64,000 bases of DNA from a virus. Each line of letters begins with the position of its first letter. Position 1 is the stretch's first letter. Positions 35,981 to 45,826 of this stretch are shown here, in pieces. The stretch is from positions 17,717 through 81,716 of IMG/VR virus record IMGVR_UViG_3300046690_000279. One strand, given 5' to 3'. The position numbers and the translations under genes were made by a program. The notes under the pieces are model-generated. The model was not told the origin of the DNA, ran no database searches, and was given only the letters and a program-made list of their open reading frames with translations.

Positions 35981-38900
35981 ATGGGTGCTCTGCCTCCCGT
36001 ATTTATTGAGTTTCTAGGTCGCTCTACTGGCTTTATGACCACGGCCAGGGGTGTCAAGACCGAGCTAGCCACCGTGGAACGCCAGGGCGGCAAGAGCATG
36101 GCCAAACTGGGCGCCGTGTCCAAGGCTGCGCTGCTTGGTGTTGGTGTTGCTGCTGCTGTCGCTGCGGTGAAAACCGCCCACATGGCCGCTGATTTTCAGA
36201 CTCAGATGACCCGCGTGCGCACTGGTGCTGGCGAGTCGGCGCAGAATATGAAACTCGTCGGTGATGGCGTGCTGTCGATGGCGGGCAAGGTTGGTGAGTC
36301 GACTAAGGATCTCACCGCAGGCTTGTACATGGTCGAATCAGCGGGTTTCCACGGCCAGAAAGCCCTTGACGTGCTTCGCATAAGTGCGCAGGGTGCCAAG
36401 GTTGGTGCCGCTGACCTGGCCACGGTGACTGACGCTGTGACCACGGCAATGAACGCCTACAACCTGCAATCCTCCAATGTGGCCACCAACACTCAGAACA
36501 CGACCGACGTGATGAACGCGCTGGTTGGTACTGAGGCCGAGGGTAAAACCAACCTTGAAGCGCTCGCGGGCTCTATGTCCGGCATTCTCCCTGTGGCCGC
36601 TGCTGCGCACGTGAAGCTAAACGAAGTGCTCGGGGCCATGGCCACGATGACGTCACAGGGTACGGATGCGCGCGTTTCGGCAACCTATCTGCGGCAGACG
36701 ATCGGGCAGTTGTCCAACCCCTCGGCCAAGGCAGCGACCACCATGAAGGGGCTGGGGCTTAACGCCAACGCCGTTTCTAAGGAGCTGGGCTCGAAGGGTC
36801 TCGCGGCGACGCTGAACACCCTTACGGATGCCATCAAGAACAAGATGGGCCCCGGCGGGGACGTCTTCATTAAGACGCTGGAAAAGGCATCGAAGAGCAG
36901 CAAGGACTTTGAAGGCGCGCTCAACAAGGCCAGCGGCTCGAAGAAGACGTATATCGGCGCGCTGTCCACCATGGTCGGCGGTACTAAATCCATGATGGGC
37001 GCCCTGATGCTTACGGGCCAGCACATGGACACGTTCAAAAAGAACGTGGACGGCATCGGTAAACACGTCAAGGACGGCGGCAAGAACATTGAGGGCTGGT
37101 CGGACGTTCAGAAGACGTTCAATCAGCGCATGGCCGAATTCAAGGGCACCGCTGAGGCCATCGGCATCAAAATAGGCCAGTCCCTTCTTCCGGCGTTCAC
37201 GCAGTTTGTCGGGGCCCTGGTCGACGGCGTGGGGTGGCTGACAAAGCACAAAGACGTACTCATTGCGGTGGGTGGCGCCATTGGCGGTGTGCTGACCTAC
37301 GGGCTTTACGCGGCGGCAGGTGCAGCGTGGACGTTTACAGCGGCGATGCTCGCCAACCCTGTCACGTACATCGTTCTCGGCGTGATGGCGCTGGGCGCGG
37401 CGATTGCGCTCCTGTTCACGCACTGGAAGTCAGTTTCAGCGTGGCTATCCGGCGCCTGGCACACGGTCGTGCAGGGGCTCGGGGATGCCTGGCATTGGCT
37501 AGAGAACAAGACGCTGAGTGTATGGCACTCCATTGAGGGCGGCCTAAAGACAGCGTGGCACTCCGTGGCCAACTTCTTTTCCTCGGCCTGGCACACGGTC
37601 ACTGACCCGATCGTCAAGGCTTGGAACTGGGTAGCTAACGCCACATCAACAGTGTGGAACGCCATCGCCGGGTTCTTCAAAAAGTGGTGGCCCCTACTGC
37701 TGCTCATTTTCGCGCCCTGGCTAGTCGGGCTTATATACCTGTGGAATCACTTCCACACGACGGTATGGAACAAGGTCAAGTCGGTCTGGTCCACTGTCTC
37801 TGGCTTCCTGGTCGGCACATGGCACGGCATAAAGTCTGTGGCAAAGTCGGTTTGGTCATCCGTCCAGCGGAACATTGTCGACCCGATCATGGGCGTCTGG
37901 CACAAGCTAGTCAGCATTTGGGACAGCGTATCGAGCTACCTGAGTGGCAAGTGGTCTGACCTAAAGGCCGTAGCGCTGATCACGTGGCTTGAGATCAAAA
38001 AGTCAATGATTGACCCGATCACGGGCGCCTGGCACACCATCACCAAAACGATGGGCGATATCAAGGACGCGATATCCAAGAAATTGGATGATGCGTGGAC
38101 CGCTGTAAAGAACATCGGCACCAAGTTTGCGACCATCGGTAAGGCAGTCGTTGACGGCATCGTTACCGGCATCACAAACGCGGCCAGCGGACTAATGGAC
38201 AAGGTTGGGGGTCTGGCTAACGACGCACTTGCCGCTGCTAAGCACGCGATCGGCATCAAGAGCCCCTCTCGCGCGTTCCGGGACCAGGTGGGTAAGTGGA
38301 TACCGCTCGGCATCGCCGAAGGCGTCAGGGCGCACGCCAGCCACGCTCACGACTCCGTCCGGGAAACCGCTACGGGCATGGTGAGCACTTTCTCTAACGC
38401 GCTGGGCATCGCCTCCCCCAGCAAGGTGTTTCGGCAGCTTGGCATCTGGGTCCATCAGGGACTAGTCGACGGGCTAACCGGCTCGCTGTCGCAGGTGAAG
38501 AGCGCGATTAAGAAGACTGAGACTGAGCTGATACAGGCTCGGAATCGGCTCGCTGACATGCTCGGCACGAAGGCTGGCAAGGGGCACTCTGGCTACATCA
38601 AGTCGCACATGGCTGCAATCTCGCACCTTGAGTCGTACGTCAAGCAAGAGGGCGTGCAGCTAGAGAAGCTCGCTAAGCAGCGTGACAACGTCGCAAAGCG
38701 GCTGAAGGCAGCGCAGTCCCACCTGAAGGATCTTCAGAAGTCTTGGGCATCTGAACGGGACAGCATCGCCAGCGGCATCATGCAGGGCGCTTCTGTGGTC
38801 ATGCAGTCGCAGGCGGACGGTGTCGCCGTTACCGCTGGTGACGTGCTGGCGAACATGCAGAGTCAGGTGCAGGCTGCGACGCAGTTCGCGAATGAGCTGA

Positions 38901-39532
38901 CGGCGCTTAAGAAGCGTGGGCTATCGTCCGCGCTGATTGAGCAGATTGCATCGGCGGGTGTCGACCAGGGGGGCGCTACCGCGCAAGCCTTGATGGGCGC
39001 CAACAGCGATCAGCTTAAGCAACTCAACGCCATGCAGACGCAGCTAACCGGTTCGGCGAAGTCCACTGGCGCGGTTGTCGCTGACAGCATGTACGGGACT
39101 GGCATCGACGCTGCGAAGGGACTGGTTAAGGGGCTGCAAAGCCAGGAAAAGGCCATCGACAAGCAGATGTTGAAAATTGCGAAGTCGATGGAGACCGCTA
39201 TTAAGCGCGCGCTGGGCATTAAGTCGCCCTCGCGCCTGTTCCATCAGATCGGCCAGTTCATTACGGCTGGCCTGGTCGGCGGAATCGACAGCGGAAACCG
39301 GGACGTTCAGAGCGCTGCGGCGCGCATGTCTGACGCTGTGATCCGGGGAACTGACGCCCCCACGCTGAGTGGTTCGGCGATCGGCTCGACTGCTGCGGGT
39401 GTGGTCCACATGGTTCACATTGAGGTGCACGGCTCTGTGCGCACGGACCAGGACCTACGGGACGTCATCCAGCGGGAAATGTATCGCTTCGGCGGGCGCA
39501 ACTCCCGCACGTGGCAGGAAGCAAAGCGCTAG
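35981..39532 (+). CDS. Tape measure protein
   Basis: 1183 aa; periodic Trp repeats; three GIxSPS motifs. Confidence 0.95.
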   Translation: MGALPPVFIEFLGRSTGFMTTARGVKTELATVERQGGKSMAKLGAVSKAALLGVGVAAAVAAVKTAHMAADFQTQMTRVRTGAGESAQNMKLVGDGVLSMAGKVGESTKDLTAGLYMVESAGFHGQKALDVLRISAQGAKVGAADLATVTDAVTTAMNAYNLQSSNVATNTQNTTDVMNALVGTEAEGKTNLEALAGSMSGILPVAAAAHVKLNEVLGAMATMTSQGTDARVSATYLRQTIGQLSNPSAKAATTMKGLGLNANAVSKELGSKGLAATLNTLTDAIKNKMGPGGDVFIKTLEKASKSSKDFEGALNKASGSKKTYIGALSTMVGGTKSMMGALMLTGQHMDTFKKNVDGIGKHVKDGGKNIEGWSDVQKTFNQRMAEFKGTAEAIGIKIGQSLLPAFTQFVGALVDGVGWLTKHKDVLIAVGGAIGGVLTYGLYAAAGAAWTFTAAMLANPVTYIVLGVMALGAAIALLFTHWKSVSAWLSGAWHTVVQGLGDAWHWLENKTLSVWHSIEGGLKTAWHSVANFFSSAWHTVTDPIVKAWNWVANATSTVWNAIAGFFKKWWPLLLLIFAPWLVGLIYLWNHFHTTVWNKVKSVWSTVSGFLVGTWHGIKSVAKSVWSSVQRNIVDPIMGVWHKLVSIWDSVSSYLSGKWSDLKAVALITWLEIKKSMIDPITGAWHTITKTMGDIKDAISKKLDDAWTAVKNIGTKFATIGKAVVDGIVTGITNAASGLMDKVGGLANDALAAAKHAIGIKSPSRAFRDQVGKWIPLGIAEGVRAHASHAHDSVRETATGMVSTFSNALGIASPSKVFRQLGIWVHQGLVDGLTGSLSQVKSAIKKTETELIQARNRLADMLGTKAGKGHSGYIKSHMAAISHLESYVKQEGVQLEKLAKQRDNVAKRLKAAQSHLKDLQKSWASERDSIASGIMQGASVVMQSQADGVAVTAGDVLANMQSQVQAATQFANELTALKKRGLSSALIEQIASAGVDQGGATAQALMGANSDQLKQLNAMQTQLTGSAKSTGAVVADSMYGTGIDAAKGLVKGLQSQEKAIDKQMLKIAKSMETAIKRALGIKSPSRLFHQIGQFITAGLVGGIDSGNRDVQSAAARMSDAVIRGTDAPTLSGSAIGSTAAGVVHMVHIEVHGSVRTDQDLRDVIQREMYRFGGRNSRTWQEAKR

Positions 39533-39536
39533 CACT

Positions 39537-39570
39537 GGGGAGCACATACGGATATCCGTATGTGCTCCCC
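39537..39570. promoter_or_regulatory. Operator in a perfect 34-bp palindrome
   Basis: GGGGAGCACATACGGATATCCGTATGTGCTCCCC. Confidence 0.75.
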
Positions 39571-39587
39571 TCTTCGGAGGGTTACCA

Positions 39588-42410
39588 ATGGCACTGAATC
39601 CCAACTACCCCGTGATTGAGGAAATTTGGGGCCCATCGTGGAACGCTGCGGGTGCCTCGCTGCCCTCGGCCAGACTGGTGAACCTTGTTGACCGGACACT
39701 GTCGCAGGCCAGCGCTCGGCGCGGTAAGCAGTATGAGCTAGATCAGATCAACGCTGGCGAATACAGCGTCACGCTGGGCTCGCAGGATGGCGTGCTGGAC
39801 CCGACGAACACCAGCGGCCCCTACGGCGGGAAGATCCTGCCCCTACAGCCTTACCGGCGCCGTGCCCAGTGGCCACCTACGGCCAACCTCCTAGACGCGC
39901 CTATCGCGACCGGGGGCGAGGGTTTCACCGCTGGGTCGTTTCCCGCGTCTTTCAACCTGACGGTGCCCAGCGGAGGCGTTACGGGCTCGGTCGCTGTGCT
40001 CGGCGCTGGTAACGCATGGCAGGGGGCGAACGTCTTCAGTTTCGCCATCGCCAATGGCACAACGGTTAACTCTGGAATCGTGCGCACGGACACCGTGGCC
40101 ATTCGCCCCGGTAAGCAGTTCACGTTCTCGGTCTACCTCGCGAACACTACGGCCAGCACATCGACTAACGTTATTGCCTACGTTTCGTTCCTGAACGCTG
40201 ATGGCTCGAACACTTTCGGCTCGGGCTCCAATGTCACCCTTGTTGGTGCCTCTGGTACCCCTGCGTGGCAGCGTCTCAGCGTCACGGTGACTGCCCCGAC
40301 TACCGGATCTGTCTACGGCCTGCGTGTTGGCTTGAACGTGGGTGCGACGACTACAGCGGCAAGCACGATCGTTGCAGATGGCTTCCAGGGTGAGTGGGGC
40401 GCTGCCGCAACTACCTGGGTTTCCCCGGGCACTTGGTACCCGATCTTCAGCGGTTTCACGGAGCGCTGGCCGACCACTTGGGCCGAGGGCGGCACGTACG
40501 GGCAGGTGTCCCCCACCGCCGTTGACTCCTTCGCGCTGCTGTCACAGGTGCAGTTGAAGGAAGTGTTTACGGAGGAAATCGACTCGCACTCCCCGCGATT
40601 CAGTTACACCCTCGGCGATGCCGCTGGGGCTACCTCCTTTGCAGACGACACGGGCAACATGCCTGCGGCGCCACTGGTGAACACCAAGACAGGTTCGGGC
40701 AACTGGACTTCCGGCAACGCCGTTACGGCCGCGAACCTACCGTCGGGCACGTTTACCGGCAGCACGGGGACAGTCGTCACCTCCGCGCCGCTGACGCCTG
40801 GGGTTAACGGTGCACCCAACCCTGCAACGATGCTGGCACTCAGCGACGCAGGCGTTAAGGGCCCCGGTAGCGCAAGCTGGACGCGAATGATTGCGTTCCG
40901 CTACACCGCTGGAAGCAACCCGACCGACCTTGCATATCTCTGGAATTCGTCGACCACGTCAACGCCCGACATTCACGACGGACACGTCACGGTGTATATC
41001 GAGTCGACCGGCCATCTGCGCATCAGCACGCAGGCCGTTGGGGTAATCACGGGCTCGCAGCCGTTCAATGACTCGCAGTCCGTGACTGATGGGAATTGGC
41101 ACCTGGCCGTGTTCGGCATCAGCGGGACGACCATGACGCTTTCGCTCGATGGCGTCACATCGTCGCAGACCATTTCTGCCTCGCAGACTCCGCCCCTGAA
41201 CGCCATGTACGACCATATCGGCGCGCTGTACCAGCCCGGAACCAAGACTGCTACCTGCGTTTACAAGGGCGACATTGCGTTCGTCGCTGAGTTCCCGTCG
41301 CTGCTCTCGTCTGCGGACATGGGGCAGCTTTATAGCACGTGGCGCGCGAGCGCTTCGGGCGAGACCAGCGCGGCACGTTATGCGCGCATCCTGCGGTATT
41401 CCGGGTATACGGGCGCCAGCAACATCGGTACGGGCCTGACGACGTCTATGGGCCCCGCCAGTGACTTCAGCGGGTCCGATGTCATGACGGCGCTGAACAA
41501 CGTGGTGACCACCGAGAATGGCGAGCACTTCGTAACAGCGGATGGCACGGTGACATTCCGGGGCCGTGGCTACCGGTACAACGCTCTGACTCCGGTATGG
41601 ACGTTCGGCGACGGCGCAGGCGAATTCCCGTACGAAGATCTACAACTCGACTTCGACAGTACGCACCTAAGCAACGTGGTGACGGTCACTCAGCAGAGCA
41701 CCGGAACCAACCTCGTTGCGCAGGACAGCGCGAGCATCGCGAGCTACTACACGCGCACCATGACGCGCACGGTAAACACGGCCAGCGCGCTAGAGGCGCA
41801 GGATGCAGCCGACTACTTCGTGAGCCGTTACAAGGACCCGCTGACCCGCGTACAGAGCGTCAAACTGCACCCGTCGGCTGCACCCGCGCTGTGGCCCGTG
41901 TTGCTGGGCCTAGAGCTGGGCACCCGCGTGCGTATCAACCGGCGACCCCCGGGCGCTCCCCTGATCTCTGTCGACTGCTTTGTTGAACAGATCCAGTGGG
42001 ACATGGACAGCGCGAACGAAGCGTTCGTGACGTTGCAGTGCAGCCCGGTCGACCCGCGCGTCTACGGCCAGTTCGGCGCGTTCTACACGACGCTGAACAA
42101 CTCGCCCTCGGCTGGCGCTACCTCGATCACTCTGAACGCTGGCGCGGACAACACCAACCCGCTCGCGGCGCAACTGCCAGTAGGCACTCAGCTAGTGGTG
42201 GGGCTCGGCACGGCCAACCAGGAAACGGTGACTCTGACGGCCGTCGGCGTGACCACTTCAGGGTGGACGACGTCCGCTTGTGGCGTTAGCGCGCTGGCTA
42301 AGTCTCACAGCGCCGGTGTGACCGTGTGCGAAGTGCTTCCCAGCGGTGTCAGCGATCCCGTGGCGTTCGATGCGCCGCAGAAATTCGACCAGGTTGTTTA
42401 CGCCTACTAG
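39588..42410 (+). CDS. Minor tail/baseplate-fibre protein (CBM plus LamG-like)
   Basis: RBS GGAGG before MALNPNY; follows the tape measure gene. Confidence 0.8.
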   Translation: MALNPNYPVIEEIWGPSWNAAGASLPSARLVNLVDRTLSQASARRGKQYELDQINAGEYSVTLGSQDGVLDPTNTSGPYGGKILPLQPYRRRAQWPPTANLLDAPIATGGEGFTAGSFPASFNLTVPSGGVTGSVAVLGAGNAWQGANVFSFAIANGTTVNSGIVRTDTVAIRPGKQFTFSVYLANTTASTSTNVIAYVSFLNADGSNTFGSGSNVTLVGASGTPAWQRLSVTVTAPTTGSVYGLRVGLNVGATTTAASTIVADGFQGEWGAAATTWVSPGTWYPIFSGFTERWPTTWAEGGTYGQVSPTAVDSFALLSQVQLKEVFTEEIDSHSPRFSYTLGDAAGATSFADDTGNMPAAPLVNTKTGSGNWTSGNAVTAANLPSGTFTGSTGTVVTSAPLTPGVNGAPNPATMLALSDAGVKGPGSASWTRMIAFRYTAGSNPTDLAYLWNSSTTSTPDIHDGHVTVYIESTGHLRISTQAVGVITGSQPFNDSQSVTDGNWHLAVFGISGTTMTLSLDGVTSSQTISASQTPPLNAMYDHIGALYQPGTKTATCVYKGDIAFVAEFPSLLSSADMGQLYSTWRASASGETSAARYARILRYSGYTGASNIGTGLTTSMGPASDFSGSDVMTALNNVVTTENGEHFVTADGTVTFRGRGYRYNALTPVWTFGDGAGEFPYEDLQLDFDSTHLSNVVTVTQQSTGTNLVAQDSASIASYYTRTMTRTVNTASALEAQDAADYFVSRYKDPLTRVQSVKLHPSAAPALWPVLLGLELGTRVRINRRPPGAPLISVDCFVEQIQWDMDSANEAFVTLQCSPVDPRVYGQFGAFYTTLNNSPSAGATSITLNAGADNTNPLAAQLPVGTQLVVGLGTANQETVTLTAVGVTTSGWTTSACGVSALAKSHSAGVTVCEVLPSGVSDPVAFDAPQKFDQVVYAY

Positions 42411-42418
42411 GAGCGACA

Positions 42419-42964
42419 TTGCCTCTCGTCCCACCCGTGCCGTTTACGGCGACTACGGGCAACTTTCTGACGTCCGCAGTGTGGAACACGCAGGTTCGCG
42501 ACGCTTCCGCATTCTTCGCTGGCGTGCCTACATTCATCGGCTATCAGACCGTGGCGCAGTCCGTTCCCAACGGCAACGCGTGGACCGTAATCACCATGGA
42601 TTCCGAGCAGGTCGACAACTACGGCGGGCACTCCACCACAACCAACACATCCCGCTACACCGCACAGATACCCGGCACGTACGCCGTGTTCGGAAGCGTT
42701 GCGTGGCAGCAGAGCGCGACGGGTGACAGGCGAGTGCAGATAACCCTGAACGGCAACCCAGTTATCGGTTCCGCAAACTCTATGGACCCGACGCAGTCTG
42801 TGTTGATGGCGCAACAGGCGGTTGGGTTTGTGCCGATGGTTGCAGGCGATTACGTGGAAGTTCAGGGCTGTCACACATCATCCGCAGCGCTGAGCACAAA
42901 CAACGGAAGCGGCGTTAGCGCCATGTTCACGTCTAGCCTTCGTGTTGTGTGGCTCAGCAGCTAA
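42419..42964 (+). CDS. Minor tail protein, C1q-like, allele B
   Basis: TTG start after GGAG; divergent homolog of 2276. Confidence 0.65.
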   Translation: MPLVPPVPFTATTGNFLTSAVWNTQVRDASAFFAGVPTFIGYQTVAQSVPNGNAWTVITMDSEQVDNYGGHSTTTNTSRYTAQIPGTYAVFGSVAWQQSATGDRRVQITLNGNPVIGSANSMDPTQSVLMAQQAVGFVPMVAGDYVEVQGCHTSSAALSTNNGSGVSAMFTSSLRVVWLSS

Positions 42965-42979
42965 CCGAATAGAGGAAGC

Positions 42980-43228
42980 ATGCAGACCTACTCCAGCACC
43001 GACTACCAACTATTCGTCCAAACCGGCGGCGGGGACGTCGTCTTCAATATGGGCCTGTCGAGTAACCACGGAATGGACGACGAAACATGCGCGGCCCTGG
43101 TGCAGACGCTCCGGGATTTCCCGTGGCCAACTGCCATGCAGCCGGTAGGCATTTCGGCCGGTAAGACGTCCAACACGGCCGACAACTACACGTGCGCTGT
43201 TAACGCCACTCCCCCGACCTTCAGCTAA
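42980..43228 (+). CDS. Small tail-associated protein, allele B
   Basis: Homolog of 2806. Confidence 0.7.
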   Translation: MQTYSSTDYQLFVQTGGGDVVFNMGLSSNHGMDDETCAALVQTLRDFPWPTAMQPVGISAGKTSNTADNYTCAVNATPPTFS

Positions 43229-43238
43229 GGAGCAACAC

Positions 43239-43925
43239 ATGGCAGTTCTAGGCGTAGATGTTTCCGGATATCAGGCGGTCGACTTCCCTACCAAGGGTCT
43301 GGCGTTCGCTTTCGTCAAGGCCACTGAGGGCACTGGCTACACCAACCCTCGTTACAGCGGGCAGGTGGCGCATGCGCGTTCCGCTGGCCTGGTCGTCGGT
43401 CACTACCATTTCGGCAAGAATGGCGGTGCCGCTGAGGCCGATTACTTCCTGAGCAAGGTGCAGCTACACACGGGCGATATTCTCGCGTTCGATTGGGAGA
43501 CCAGCGGCGTAAGCCAGGCCGAGCGTGATGCGTTCGTGTCCCGCGTGAAGGCTAAGGCGCCCCATCACAAGGTGGTCCTGTACTGCAACACGGATTACTG
43601 GCACAACCGCGATGCCGACAACGGCGGGCCGATGGACGGGCTATGGATCGCGGACCCGAACCACCCCGCTGGCAAGCCTGGTATCAAGGCGCCGTGGCGC
43701 TTCCATCAGTACTCGTGGGCGGGTGGCATCGACCGCAACGTTGCGAACTTCAAGGACGCTGCTGCGCTTCGCGCTTGGGCCAATCCGCCTGCGGCGAAGC
43801 CTCCGGTAGTCACTAAGCCTGCGCCCGTTCCGGCGAAGCCTGCACCCGCCCCTGCGCCGACGCTGGAATACCGCGTAGCGGCTCTTGAGGCGTCCGTGAA
43901 GGCGCTACAGGCAAAGCTCAAGTAA
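43239..43925 (+). CDS. Endolysin, GH25
   Basis: Nearly identical to 3065. Confidence 0.9.
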   Translation: MAVLGVDVSGYQAVDFPTKGLAFAFVKATEGTGYTNPRYSGQVAHARSAGLVVGHYHFGKNGGAAEADYFLSKVQLHTGDILAFDWETSGVSQAERDAFVSRVKAKAPHHKVVLYCNTDYWHNRDADNGGPMDGLWIADPNHPAGKPGIKAPWRFHQYSWAGGIDRNVANFKDAAALRAWANPPAAKPPVVTKPAPVPAKPAPAPAPTLEYRVAALEASVKALQAKLK

Positions 43926-43931
43926 CCCATA

Positions 43932-43947
43932 GGCCGTTCACCCGATC
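43932..43947 (+). promoter_or_regulatory. B-type motif
   Basis: GGCCGTTCACCCGATC at the position of A motif 3759. Confidence 0.7.
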
Positions 43948-43994
43948 CACTCTCAGCGGAGGGGTGAACGGCCCCCACACAAGGGCATTCCCAC

Positions 43995-44303
43995 ATGATT
44001 GATGGAACGAGTATTGCCCCTGGTATGGCGTGGGTTATTGGGGCCATCGGCGCAAGCCTGGTGACCACTGGCCCCGCTTACTTGGCTGCACGTAAGTCCC
44101 GTGGCGCTGCACGTGAAGAAGGAGCGCTCACACGCGATGCAGTCGTGGGCGCTATCGGCGAGCTGAACGGGCGCCTCGATGGCCTCAGGGATGACCTGTC
44201 AGAGGTACGCGAGTGGCAGGCAGCACACACGACCGAGCACGCCATTTCGGCATTTCAGCGAACGGACCCACATCCGCGCCTTGAGCGCAGAAACACGGAG
44301 TGA
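43995..44303 (+). CDS. Lysis-cassette membrane protein
   Basis: Homolog of 3826. Confidence 0.75.
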   Translation: MIDGTSIAPGMAWVIGAIGASLVTTGPAYLAARKSRGAAREEGALTRDAVVGAIGELNGRLDGLRDDLSEVREWQAAHTTEHAISAFQRTDPHPRLERRNTE

Positions 44304-44308
44304 AACGA

Positions 44309-44647
44309 ATGGCCATTTCTGGCAAGGTAACGGCGTCCACGGTTGCGGCCACTGGCGCCACGATCGTTGCGGGCATCATCGCGCCGCATGTGTTCAGCCA
44401 CAGCGTGCCCAGCGACGTGCGGGGGCTCATTGAGGGCGGCGTGACTGCCGTTGTCACCTTCGTGTCTGGCTATCTCGCGCGGCACGGCATTTCTTACGAG
44501 AAGCTCGCCGCTGACACTGCTGCGGTGGCCGAGGATCTTGGGGTCCCGTACATGGCGCTGTCTGATGTCACTGCGGAGCCTGCGCCTTCGGCACCCGTGG
44601 TCGACGCTGCCCCGGCCATCACTGGCGAGGCTCAGCCGCTCGCGTAG
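44309..44647 (+). CDS. Putative holin (alternative start 44300)
   Basis: Homolog of 4140. Confidence 0.65.
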   Translation: MAISGKVTASTVAATGATIVAGIIAPHVFSHSVPSDVRGLIEGGVTAVVTFVSGYLARHGISYEKLAADTAAVAEDLGVPYMALSDVTAEPAPSAPVVDAAPAITGEAQPLA

Positions 44648-44715
44648 TTCTACTGCCCCTCTTCCTGGCCAGCGCTGGGAAGGGGGGCGTTTCGTTAACC
44701 CACAGAGGAGAGACT

Positions 44716-45273
44716 GTGTACAACATTGCACTTATCGGTAAGGCCCGTTCCGGCAAGGACACTGCCGCTGGTTTCCTGGTGCGTGAGCGCGCTTATACCC
44801 GCGTGGCGTTCGCCGATCCGCTGAAAGAGATGGCGCTGAGCATTGACCCGTTGATACCCGCGCGGGAGCGACTCATCCACGTACGCCTGTCAGCGCTCAT
44901 CCGTGACGTTGGGTGGGAATACGCGAAGGATCACTACCCCGAAGTGCGCCGCATCTTGCAGAGCATCGGGCAGACGCAACGCGAATTCGACGCCGATTAC
45001 TGGGTAAACGTCGCAGCGCGGAAGATAGCGGGCGCAGAGGCTTGGAACCTGCCCGTGGTCGTGACCGATGTCCGTTACCTGAACGAGGCCGTAATGTTGC
45101 GCGCCCGTGGTTTCAAAATGATTCGGATCATGCGGCCCCGGATTGGCGTGACCATGAAGGAGGCTCGCGCTGCGATGCACGCCAGCGAAAACGAGCTGAA
45201 CGACTACCCGACAGACGCAGTCATCTACAACGATGGCGACCTAGACCAGCTTCGCAACGCGATTCTTGGCTAG
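44716..45273 (+). CDS. dNMP kinase
   Basis: Same motifs as 4552. Confidence 0.9.
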   Translation: MYNIALIGKARSGKDTAAGFLVRERAYTRVAFADPLKEMALSIDPLIPARERLIHVRLSALIRDVGWEYAKDHYPEVRRILQSIGQTQREFDADYWVNVAARKIAGAEAWNLPVVVTDVRYLNEAVMLRARGFKMIRIMRPRIGVTMKEARAAMHASENELNDYPTDAVIYNDGDLDQLRNAILG

Positions 45274-45332
45274 ACCTGAGCCCCTGGCTTGCGCTTCCCG
45301 CGCAGGTCGGGGGCTTTTCTGCGTCCGGGGCA

Positions 45333-45350
45333 CATACGGATATCCGTAGG
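45333..45350. promoter_or_regulatory. Operator
   Basis: CATACGGATATCCGTAGG followed by TTGCGC. Confidence 0.7.
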
Positions 45351-45412
45351 TGGGTTGCGCCAGCCGTGCCGCAGCGCTTTACTGGCACTCCGCACAACGA
45401 AGGGACGAAACG

Positions 45413-45685
45413 ATGACCAGACAGCGACCGATCGAACACACCCCCAAGACACGCCAGCCGCGCATGCTCAAGGTGGGAGACCGGGTCGTGCACAAGACAG
45501 ATCTTGCCGACGCTGGCACGGTCGTTGAGCTTGTGGACCACACGGGATACGGGCCGGGCTACGGGCAGGGGAACGCCGGTGGCCCCGGGGCACGGCGCAC
45601 GGTCACGAACTACCGCGTTCGCTGGGATGCCTCTGGCGAGGTGCCAGCGTCCAAGTACTTCCGTTCGGAACTGAAAGCAATCTAA
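45413..45685 (+). CDS. B-specific SH3/KOW-like protein
   Basis: KVGDRV..GTV..YRVRW; has its own terminator at about 45688-45724. Confidence 0.7.
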   Translation: MTRQRPIEHTPKTRQPRMLKVGDRVVHKTDLADAGTVVELVDHTGYGPGYGQGNAGGPGARRTVTNYRVRWDASGEVPASKYFRSELKAI

Positions 45686-45736
45686 GCGAAACCCCCTGGT
45701 CACTCCGGTGGCTGGGGGGTTTCTGCGCGCCGAGCA

Positions 45737-45788
45737 CCTACGGATATCCGTATGTGGTTTGACAGCGCCGAGCGCCAGCCGCTAGGTT
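45737..45788 (+). promoter_or_regulatory. Operator plus repressor promoter
   Basis: Palindrome, then TTGACA-N18-TAGGTT. Confidence 0.8.
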
Positions 45789-45826
45789 CATCCATGTAAG
45801 TCGAAAACAACGAAGGGGCAGACACC

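Noticed and set aside
39369-39587. ORF-track N-terminal extensions (also 51927, 54474, 48746, 26052)
   Set aside because: They overlap upstream genes or regulatory sites; downstream starts have RBSs and, where a sister copy exists, match it
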